DNA from: Mustelus asterias
Lineage: Eukaryota
Reading direction: 5' to 3'
Length of the DNA stretch: 64,000 nucleotides
NCBI RefSeq assembly: GCF_964213995.1
Contig: NC_135804.1
Coordinates: 69,316,001 to 69,380,000, forward strand
Positions 38,594 to 49,078 of the stretch are shown one piece after another. How positions within the stretch are numbered: position 1 is the first letter of the stretch; each line of letters starts with the position of its first letter. The translations under genes were made by a program, and so were the position numbers. A model generated the notes under the pieces. It was not told the origin of the DNA, ran no database searches, and saw only the letters and a program-made list of their open reading frames with translations.

Positions 38594-39147
38594 TATCCAG
38601 GGCCACTTCCTTAAGCACCCTGGGATGGAGATTATTTAGCCCTGGAGATTTATCCACGTTCAATCCCCTTAATTACCGCGAAACCATCTCTCTACTAATA
38701 CTGATTACCTTCAGCTCCTCGCTCGAACTTGTGTTTCTCAAAACTTCCAGTACATTATTCATGGCTTCGTTTGTGAAGGCAGAAGCAAAGTACGAATTTA
38801 GTTCCTCACTCATTTATTTGATCCGCATCATGATTTTTTTCTGTTTCTGACTGTACATTAGTTTTGTAATTTTTTTTCTCTTTACATATTCATCGGAACT
38901 ATTACAGTCAGTTTTTATGTTGCCCGGTGTCTTTCTTTAATTCTCCATTTTCCCCTTCCAAGTCAATCCCCTGGTCCTATTTGCTGAATTTTAAACTGCT
39001 CCCAATACTGAGGTCGATAACTGTTTCTTGCCAGATTGTATGTTTCTTCTTTGAATCTTATACAACCGCGAATTTCTCTTGCAATCCATGGTTTGGCCAC
39101 AGCTCCCTTACCACTCTTGCAGCAAACAGTAACAAACAACTTCTGGA

Positions 39148-39407
39148 AATCATAGAAACCCTACAGTAAGAAAGAGGCCATTCGACCCATCGAGTCTGCA
39201 CCGACCGCAATCCCACCCAGGCCCTCCCCCCGTATCCCTACATATTTTACTCACTAATCCCTCTAATCTACGCATCCCAGGACACTAAGGGGCAAATTTA
39301 GCATTGCCAATCAACCTAACCCGCACATCTTTGGACTGTGGGAGGAAACCGGAGCACCCGGAGGAAACCCACGAAGACACGAGGAGAATATGCAAACTCC
39401 TGGAGCT
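39148..39407 (-). mobile_element. HE1-type V-SINE lacking most of the tRNA head
   Basis: Tail and V domain present; head deleted. Confidence 0.85.
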
Positions 39408-42400
39408 CAGCTCTTCGTTCCTCAATTGTCTATCATTGCTTGCCCACTCTCCTTCCTTTCAGTAATGTTTCCTACCCTCTCATAGCCAATTCATATCTCA
39501 TACCATCATAGCTACCTTTATTGGGACTCAGAATCCAGGTCTCAGACTCAACTACATCATTATCCACCATGACAAAGAATTATATCGGTTTACTCATCCT
39601 TAAGGATTTTCTCTCACAATTTCTCATGACATTGTTCACCTCCATATGGCGCCCCCTCAAAGTACTCTGCTCTAAGAAGAACAATCACGCCTATCCAGCC
39701 GACCAGCAAAAACAGTCGAGCCCACGCAATCTCCAAATGAATCTCCTCTGCACATTTTCCAGCAGAATTTGAACCTTCCAAATGTTTGCCGACGTTGACT
39801 GCACACATTTCTCTTCTATGGCCTACTGAGTCTTTCATACAGCTCTCTCATATCCACCTCTTATATTCCATGCCTTGCCTGGAAAAGTCAAGTATCCCTT
39901 ATGCATTTTAACCACGTTATCTCCCTATGCTGCTGCGGTCAGGACCTATGCATATGTACCTCTGTACTTCCTAGCGTCCTGCTGTTTATTGTGTGTTCTT
40001 TCCATTCCAGTCCTCCGAATTTCAGGGTTGAATTCCATTTGCGCATCTTCTGTCCATTTCACCAACCAATCTGTACCGCCCTTTAATCTGAGGCTTTACA
40101 TCTCGCCATGCGAAGCTGCCAGGCTGGCATTGCCCTAGTGGCAAGCCCACTTGCCTCAGGCTCCCGGAGGTGTGGCAGGGCTCAATGGCCTCCTGTTCTA
40201 TCAGAACTATTAAAACTCCGTCCCTTATGCACCTGCTGTCAGGTTATTATTCTATATTGTTTTCAAACTCAAGTATTTCGTGCAGCTTTTCGACTTTGGC
40301 TCTGCTAAAAACTGAGGAAAATGGAAAATATAGAATGGTAAGAGAATATTCACTCTCTCCTCACCATTCTCCGTTACTCAGCAAATTTATGGCAATTACT
40401 CCAGTTGCACGTAATGCAGCTGAACGGAGCCGTCATTATTTGTACTACTGAGATTCAAATGACTCTACGACTTGACAGTTACAGAACGATATTAGGCCAG
40501 TTAGATATTTATCAGATCTCACCTGCTCTCGAGAAGAGATCTTCAATTAGGTTGGTTATCGCTGCACAAGCCCAGAAGAAAACTTAACAAAAGTAAATTT
40601 ATGTTGAAATGCAAAATTGCAAACAAGTCATACTACCCTTCAAATTTTAAATTTTACTCCCTCACTCGTCAATCTCCCAATAATTATACTCAGTAACAGC
40701 TGCATCCCGTTTCCTTCGAGGCTTTCTTTACAAGGCTGAAAATCACAATTGCACTCGCTATTCATCACAACATTGGTTTATAAAACACAAACGCGATTGT
40801 GGTAGTTTACTCTGATCAATGTTTCGATTACGCCCACCTTTCGTGGAATTGAGAATATTATGTTCCCGCAGTGGTCTATCTGACAGAATGCATAGTTTAC
40901 GAATATCCCCCACAGATATGCTTCCACTTATTTGGTGCTTCGTTCAATGTTACATTGGGAGAAATGACGAGGATTTTCCGGTCGCAGTAGCCCCGAAGCC
41001 GGAATCCTGCCCGAGGTCAATCTATCCCTCGTCCTCTCGGATTCGCCTCCCTGGCGAAAGGGGAAATTCTCCTCAATCGTTTGCCAGTTTGACGGCTCAA
41101 AAAGTGGTTATTATTATTCCCAAAGTATTTGTTCCGTTGAAACAGCATTATACCCATGTGCCATACGGCAAAGGCTGTGGACCGTGACATCGTGAGCGCA
41201 GTATTAGTAAAGATCTGCGCTTGACAACGAGTTGCACCCCGAGACAGTGTTGCAGAACGTCTACAGCACTGCCACCAAAAGGGCGATGTAAAAAAGTGCC
41301 ATTCTTCACCTGACTGTGCAGAGTTAGGCAAATGTAACACAGCCAATTATCAGCCTATCTGTCTTCTCTCGATAATTAGATAAGCGATGGAAGCTGAGAC
41401 CACCAGATCTACAATTTGACACTTAGATAGCAATGCGATGTTGAGCGACGATCAGGTTTGCTTCCACCAGGGCCGGTTAGTTCTGTTCAGATTTTTTTTT
41501 AAAACTTGTGTCGAAAACGAGATTTAGGGCTGGATTCAAGAGGTAAAGCGAATAAATCCCCTGATATCAGCGAGCTAGCATTAAAGCACAGCATCATGGC
41601 ACTTTGTAAAACTGCTATCAATGATAATTTTGTCAATAGCCGAACTTGTTTTTCTGATGCCCAACAAAACGATGATGCTTGTGTTTGTAGATGCCCAAAA
41701 ATCTCACTCCCAGGCTCCTGCAGCAGGAGTTTCACAGTTGTGTGTTCCAGGTCGAACAATATTTAGCTCTATCATATCTGTGTTACAAATGTTCGTCAAC
41801 GATTACAAAATTTCCATCAACATTCGCCGTCACCAGATATTGAAGCAATTGATATACATATGCAAAAAAAGCCTGGACTACAATGATGTTCCAGCTGATA
41901 AGTGAAAAGTAACATTCACGCAATGCAAGTGACAGGCAATTATCTTGTTCAACTGCAGAGAATCTAACTGGTTCCTTCATATCCAAATATGTAATTGTAG
42001 CTATTTCATCCATCATCAACATTCTCGATGTTACCATTGAAAAACATCGCAACTTGACGAGCCATGTAAATACAATAGCGAAAAGAGAGTGTCAATATTT
42101 GGTTTGCTGCGGTGAAGAACTCACCACTTGCCTTTCAAATTATGTCCACGATTTAACCGGTCACGAATTAGGTGTACAATGGACCTTCACTTTCCTGGAG
42201 CGGTATAGCTTTAAAAGCCAAGGATCTCGATATCGTTCAAGCCTCAGCAAGCTACTCGATATGGCACGCGATCTACCACCTTCGGTATTCGATCCATCCA
42301 CCAAAGGCACACTGCGCCTGCAGCGTGTGTAGGATCTATAAGTCGGACTGAAGCAACTCACCATATTTTCTTCAATACCACCTTCCCAAATACACATCTT

Positions 42401-42599
42401 CTACGACTGAGACGCACAAGACATGCAATGCCATGCATTCCCATTCAAGCCTCTAGCATCCTGACTCGGAACAAAATTGCATTTCCTTCCCTGGCTCTGG
42501 GTCCAAAACATGTAACAACTTCTCTAAGAACACGAGTGAACTTGTTCAATATTCATCTCACATTATTCGTAAAATTCAAATGCAAATTTGCCACAGATT

Positions 42600-43260
42600 C
42601 TTAGGCATTGACAGCAAAGTAAGCGGTCATTCGGACCAACAAATACCTGATTTCAACGATCCCATTTTTCTGTGACTTGCCCAAAACTCTGGAGGTTATG
42701 GCAGTGAAAGCTATTATCTACCTACTTCTTAAATATGACGGCATTTCTTCTTCAACCACCCACGCAGTGAGTTCCAGACATGCACCACCCTCTGGTTGAA
42801 CAAAATCTTCCTCATCTCTCCTGTCAGCATTCAGCGTCTTGACATAAAGCAATGGGGTCACGGACCCACTTTGAATGGAAAACCTGCCTTCATTTTAACC
42901 CTGTCAATGTCCCTTATAATCTCAAACACCTCAATTTGCTCCCATCTTAAACTTTGCTTCTCTAAGTAAAACAGCCCCAGTCCATCCAACCGTTCCTCAA
43001 GTCTCAGATCAGCCAGCACTTGAAGCATCTTGGTAGATCTCCTCTGCACGCTTTCGAATCCAATCACATACGTCCGATAATGTGATGACGAGAACTGCAC
43101 ACATCATTCCAGTTGTGGCCTAACAACAGTTTCATGTAATTCCTGCATGCCTACCCTGCCGTTTGATTCCATACCTGTGGTACTAAACGCAAGTACCTCA
43201 TATGCATACTTAACCACCCTTTTTCCTTCTCCTGTCACCTTCAGGGATCTGTGCACATGC
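42600..43260 (-). mobile_element. Old CR1 3' fragment abutting the ERV 5' LTR
   Basis: ORFs 42858-43100 and 43104-43337: VVRPQLE, ESVQRR.TKML and LGLFYLEK. Confidence 0.75.
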
Positions 43261-44207
43261 TGATGGGGTCGGGGGCCGGGGGGGGGGGGGGGGGGGGCGG
43301 GGGGGGGGGGGTGATTAGGCTGATAGAAAACACGCAATCATGGTTTGAGAACACTAACACAAATCTGACTTAAGAATGAATGATCTTAGACAAGAGAAAG
43401 CGCTGACAAGAGGCTGTCACTTGAAGAGAGATCTAACTGAATAACAAGTATTTCCCATTTACAACATGCGTTTTGAATATATAAAGTGGATGTAGTTTGT
43501 TCTCAGAAAATATCTTGTGAAACTTCAGCGAACAGCAAGGTACAACAGGGCTTGATGGATGAGGCAGTAGACAGATCCTGCATTTTCGAGGAAAATGGTG
43601 TTACTGCATGCAGCCACTTTATTAGCAGTTGTCGGGAAGAAAACGTCTACCAATGCCAGTTTGATGAATAGAACTATACAGCTCAAAACACAGGTGCAAA
43701 GCAGACATAAGTATTTTCTCAGGGTCGGACGAGTGCCACGTGTGTTTGAGTCTTTGGGAATCATTCTGCCATTTCACTGTCCAGCATCTCGTGCTGCTGA
43801 ACAACCGAGGGAGGTAACCTCCTGAATTAAGGACCAACAAGATCCCAGGAGGTCAGGCTGTTAGTTGTTATTGGCTGGAGTCGGAGACAGGGATGGCTAT
43901 TGACTGATTTGTTGGAATGTTTACTGGATTATGCTTACGGGAAAGGTGGGAAATCTGATTTTGAAAATGTATAATTGCCCTCACGGAGGCATTGCTCTTC
44001 AGAGTTATATTGGGCTGCCCGCATTCTCTACCTGGAGTGCTGGGCTTCTTTATATCATTCTCCATTCGATCGGTTGGTTGATAAAGTCACGTCTTAGAAT
44101 CAGTACATTGAGTTCGTGAGTCTCTATGTTTGGCTTAATTTGTAGCAATGCACAGCCTCTAAAGAAAACCTCATCAATTATTTGGCGCTGCCCGCCGGCT
44201 GCCGTCA
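43261..44207 (+). repeat. ERV 5' LTR (3' boundary 44176 or 44207)
   Basis: About 600 bp align by eye with 46723-47367, and 43940-43970 matches 52761-52792; ends in CATCA or CGTCA before the PBS. Confidence 0.75.
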
Positions 44208-44208
44208 T

Positions 44209-44227
44209 TGGCATAAGTTGGCAGGAC
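44209..44227 (+). promoter_or_regulatory. ERV primer binding site, tRNA-Ser-like
   Basis: TGGCATAAGTTGGCAGGAC versus the tRNA-Ser complement TGGCGTAGTCGGCAGGAT (recalled); differences are mainly CpG transitions plus one inserted base. Confidence 0.6.
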
Positions 44228-44530
44228 TCGACTCCTAAGTGAGGGTGAGTATATTTTTATATTTGTTCGAGGAGTCCTTTTCAGGCCGTCAGGACCATGA
44301 GCTGACTCACGCGAATCGACGTGAGGGTGTGAGGACCACAGTGTTACTGCAGAGTAAACCGCGCTCAGAGGAGGGGGTATGGAGAGACAAAAGCTACCGC
44401 TCTCCATAGCGGACTGAAAAGGCATGCGGTAGGGCAGACGTGAGGACTTGAGGGCATTAAATACGAAGGACCGCGGTGAAAAATACCCCGATCACTTAGC
44501 CAGCAGGGCCAGAGAGAGCTGCACCCAAGG

Positions 44531-44983
44531 CAGTGCCGGATTTCGACTTGGTGAGGCCCTAAGCTATATAAAGCTTGGAGGCCCCTTGTTAAAAAGTTAC
44601 AATTTAAAAACTGGAAACGTAATTATGTTGTTTCAACTGTGAATGTCGGCTCTGCAACGCTCACATTTGCATCACTTCCAGTGTTTTCCTCAGCTGAGAT
44701 TCCAGACTCTGTTGTCTCAGTCGCAGATGAACTCGGCTGTGGTTGTTTTAGACTTTGCTGATCACCTTGGGTTTGTGGATCCTTATCTGTTTCTGGAGTA
44801 AATTAGCTGTCAACTTTTGGTAATCCTTTGAGTTGCTCTTCAAGCTGATGCTTTCTTTTTCTTTTCTGGTATCCGCTCTTAAATGTTCTCTTCATTGTAA
44901 ACCTTCTGAAATTTTGTGATGCCCCTGCGGATTGTGAGGCCCCAAGCTGTAGCTTGTTTAGCTTATGCCTAAATCCGGCCTTG
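44531..44983 (-). mobile_element. Non-autonomous hAT-like DNA transposon
   Basis: Imperfect TIRs CAGTGCCGGATTT / AAATCCGGCCTTG, subterminal GAGGCCC motifs, and a transposase-like N-terminus MKRTFKSGYQKRKRK; no 8-bp TSD recognisable. Confidence 0.6.
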
Positions 44984-45459
44984 AACAACTCGAAGAGAGA
45001 GAGTGCCGCATCAAGAAGTGACAGAGGTTATCGGTGCTAGAGGTCCTCACAGGACGACAGCTAAGGGGTGATTAGGAGACAAAAATAGTGAAAGCGCTAG
45101 AGAGAGAGAGAGCGTCAAAAGTCCCCGTGGAAGGGGGTGTTGTGGGGGAGGGCGGGGGGGGGGGGAGGGGCGGGTGCGGGGAGCGAGGGTGGTGAGAGTA
45201 CCGGGTGGATTTAGAGCGGGACTCAGGAAGTTTACAAAATACAGAGAGAGAACGGCAGACAGGCTGTGAGTATCCAAGACAGCCTGTGACAGAGAGGGCC
45301 GATCAGAAGGGTCGGAACGCCCTCGTGTGAATGCTTGTAAATTGCAGGTCAATTGTTAAACCGTTTCCAAATCCCAGGAGTTAGTGTTGTTAGTGGAATT
45401 AATTCAGACACTTTAAAATCAAATAGGGTCTTGAAATTGCTTAATTTCCAGGAAACAAC

Positions 45460-45720
45460 AGCAGAGAGAATGCTGCAGGAGGGTTAACAGTGCAAGGGAC
45501 AGAGCATGAATGTGTCGTGAAAGTGACAGAATCAGCAAGCGAAAGGCTAGCAGAGGAACCACTCGCAGGGGAAGGAATGATTAATCTGTATGTAGATAGA
45601 GCCAGAAAGTATGTCAATGGTGAACGCCACAAAGCATGGACGGTGGTGAATGGCGAAGGAACAGGGATTGCAGGAGAACAAATCCCAGGGAGTAATTCAG
45701 CAGAAGTAGCACATTTGTTC
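45460..45720 (+). pseudogene. Retroviral pol remnant (tether/RNase H N-terminus)
   Basis: EHECV..EEPLAG..NLYVDRARKYVNG..AWTVV..IPGSNSAEVAHL resembles the (F/Y)VDGS..G(W/Y)AVV..SAQ.AEL pattern. Confidence 0.7.
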
Positions 45721-45959
45721 GATTTAACAAATACTTAAAATGCAGACTCAGAGGGCGAACGATAAGGCTGATGAGAATGTGAGAGAGCTGTTGGTACAGC
45801 CTAGACGGAATTCAAACAGCAGGTCTGGCAGCCGCACAAGCCAGGGAAGTCGCAGAAATTGATGTGAAATAAATGCAGGAACAAGCATCAGAGAAAGAGA
45901 AAGATAAATGGGAAAAACGTGGAGGAAAGAGTGGTCAATATGGTGCATGGAGAATCGAA

Positions 45960-46600
45960 TATAGAATAATTGTCCAAGAAGTAATACAACAGATCATATT
46001 GCCGGCAAATCGTATTGGTTTCCTGTTTTATGAAGGGTTCTTATTACCTTAGAGAATCTTCCGTGCACATATCATACTCTTAAACTCCCTTGCTTGCCAA
46101 GAATCTGCGAGCTACTACAGAGGGAAAACATTTTTGGCACAATGTTTCTCCAATGTGGAGTGGCTAGAACAATGCAAGAGATTATAATTGTGTGCTCCAG
46201 TTTGAACAAGTTGCCAAATGATACAGCAACTGCCCTTGTGAAGATGAATTTCTGAGATGGTTGCCATGCGTACAGTGGTACTTCAACACAGAATGGCATT
46301 GGGTTACGCCGTGGCAGCAAGGGGAGGGACATGGGCAGTAATTAGATTGGAATGTTGCATTTGTATATCAGACAGAAAACATAACTAGTCTGGTTGTACA
46401 CATCAAGAAGGAGATGAAGAAACTCAAAGACCCAGAACAATTTATCTTAGGTGGTTGGCTCTCAAGCTGGATAGGTTCTTTGGGTACATCGATCCTGTGA
46501 GGGATTATATTATTTTTTCTTGTGAAACTAGTGTCAGCAGTAATTGCATACTTGATCACGACTTTCTAAGTCCATTGAAAGCACATCAGCAGTGATGGCA
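45960..46600 (+). pseudogene. env: Retroviral env remnant, gamma-type TM subunit
   Basis: NDTATALVKMN/EMVAMRTVVLQHRMALGYAVAARGGTWAVIRLECCICISD: immunosuppressive domain plus (C>W)X6CC, then WLSSWIGS and a hydrophobic anchor; frameshifted. Confidence 0.88.
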
Positions 46601-46722
46601 GTCAGAATAAGCAAGAGTAGACCCCAGAAACCAACTTGTTCTTTAAGGACCAAGGCTAGTTACTAAGATCCTTTTGTGTAGTGGCCTTACTTGGTCTTTA
46701 ACCAACAGCCAAGAGGGGGGAC

Positions 46723-47367
46723 TGATGTAAGTGGGCTTAATTCGGCTAATAAAAAAACACATGGTTTGAGAACACTAACACCATACTGACTTAAGAGTGA
46801 ATGATCTTGGACGAGAGAAAGCGCTGACAAGAGACTGTCAATTAAAGAGAGACCCAACTGAATGACAAATATCTCCCATTTAAAACATGTATTTTTAAAT
46901 TTATAAAGTGGATGCAATTTGCTTTTAGTATACATTTTGTGAAACTTCACCAACAGCAAGATACAGCAGTGCTTGGTGGGATGAGGCAGCAAGACAGTGC
47001 TTGCATTCTGTCGGACAATGGTTTTACTGAATGTGGCGACTTTATCAGCAGTTGTTAGGAACAAAATGGCTACAAATGCCCGCTTTATGAATAGAAACTA
47101 TTCAGCTCAAAACTGATAACATAGGTGCAAGGCAGACATAAGGATTTTCTCAGGGTCGGAAGAGTGTCACGTGGGTTAGAGTCTGTGGGACTCATTCTCT
47201 ATTTCACTACCCAGGGTCCTGTGTTGCTGGGTAACTGAGCGAGGTCACATCCGAAATTAAGGACAAATGAGATCCCTTGAGTTCAGTGTGTAAATTGTTA
47301 TTGACTGGAGTTGGTGATACGGATGATTGGTGACTGATTTGTGTTAATGTTCACTGGATTATGCCAC
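46723..47367 (+). repeat. ERV 3' LTR, left part (resumes at 52761-52792)
   Basis: Begins TG two bases after the PPT; homologous to the 5' LTR. Confidence 0.8.
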
Positions 47368-47580
47368 GATGGCACAGTGGTTAGCATTGCTGCCTCACAG
47401 CGCCAGGGACCGGGGTTCAATTCCACACTGTCTGTGTGGCGTTTGCACGGTCTTCGTTCGTTTCCTCCGGGTGCTCCAGTTTCCTCCCACACTCTGACAG
47501 ACGTGCTGGTCAGGTGCATTGACCCGAACAGCGCCGGAATGTGGCGACACGGGGAATTTCACGGTCACTTCATTGCAGTG

Positions 47581-47910
47581 TGTGGTGAACCATCATTGGT
47601 TCCCACCAGGTAGTACTGAGCCAGGGTCTGGCCAGTACTATGAGTCTGTATATATGTTACTGTTGGGTGAGGGTTGGGCTGTTCTACATGTTACTGTTGG
47701 GGTTAGGGTTGGGCTGTTCTACCTGTAATATAATTATTATGGTACATCCCAGTCGGGCTCCGCCTCCTGGGAGAGGTATAAAGGTCACTGCTCTGTCTGG
47801 GACCCTTTAGTCTGGGATCGTGTATTATATATGGTAGCTCTATTGTAGTAGTCAATAAAAGCCTTTATTCCCTCGAGCATCTCTAGCCTCGTGAGTTATA
47901 TCGCGCATCA
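47581..47910 (+). repeat. Gypsy 5' LTR
   Basis: TG...CA, 330 bp; about a dozen differences from the 3' LTR by manual comparison. Confidence 0.95.
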
Positions 47911-47971
47911 ATTTTATTGACGACTAATTGAACTCTCGTCGTTGAAAAAAAAAGAAAACGACACAGAGAGC

Positions 47972-49078
47972 ATGGAGCAAATGCTTAAACCCGAACGGCT
48001 TACACTGGACCCACGTGCGGCGGGCGCCTCAAACACCTTCGACCACTGGTTGAAATGTTTTCAGGATTACTTCGAAGCCTCCGCAGCGGTCACCACAGAT
48101 GACGACAGACGCCGGATCCTCCACGCGAGGGTAAGCGACGCTGTATATTTAGCGATCCATGCGGCCACCGACTTCAAAGCGGCCCTCGAGCTTCTAAAGA
48201 AGCGCTACATTAAACCGCCAAACGAGCTGCATGCTCGATATTTCTTAGCCACTCGACGACGGCATCCCAGCGAAACGAAGGAACAGTACGCGTGCGAGCT
48301 CCTACAGCTAGCCAGGGGCTGTAACTGCAAAGCAGTGTCGGCAGACCAGAACATGAACGACCTCGCTCGAGATGCGTTTGTGGCGGGAATCGGATCGTCA
48401 TTTATCCGACTTCGGCTGTTGGAGCAAGGTAATCTCAATCTCACTAAGTCTATAGAGCTAGCGGATGCGCTAGAAACGGCCTCCAAAAGCCTGGCGATGC
48501 ATCCCACCGACCACGTGGAGACAGCGTGGCAGGGGTAGTCACAGACCCCACTTCATCCAGCGGGACCGAAAAGCTGCGTGATTGCGTTCCCACCCTCGGG
48601 CCTGACGACAGCAGCAGCTCCTGGCGGCCCATGGTGTTACTTCTGTGGGGGAGTGAAGCACACTCGGCAGCGATGTCCCGCTAAAGCGGTGTTGTGCTCC
48701 GAATGCGGCAAGAAGGGGCATTATTCGAAGGTATGTCGATCCAAACTTTCATCCAGGAACAGCAGTGCGGCGTGTGACTCCCCGGAGCCGGTTTCCTCAT
48801 CGTCGGCATCGTCAAGGGTTTCTTCCACGTGCGAGGCCAGGACGTCGCCATTCCAGATGACGGAGTCGCAAGAGACGCGCGACCACCAGGGGTCGCTGAT
48901 TTTGGCGCCACGCCCACGTGTGACCTATGGGAGCAGCCATTTTGGTCGGCACCGACCGCGAATGACCAGCAGGTGTCGTCATCATCCATCTCAGCTGCCT
49001 GCAGTGGCGCCCACGAACCAACGGTGGTGTCGATTATCCTGGACCAGGCAAAGCCTCACATACTCGACAAGTCCATGA
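47972..49078 (+). pseudogene. gag: Gypsy gag with zinc knuckles and one in-frame stop at 48536-48538
   Basis: MEQMLKPERLTLDP..; ORFs 47942-48538 and 48578-49078 share a frame; CYFCGGVKHTRQRC and CSECGKKGHYSKVC. Confidence 0.85.

Noticed and set aside
40270-40345. VQLFDFGSAK kinase-like motif between splice-like sites
   Set aside because: Stop codon immediately after, and no other kinase subdomains nearby.
48816-48822. GGGTTTC as a -1 frameshift slippery site
   Set aside because: It is not in the required phase relative to the gag frame.
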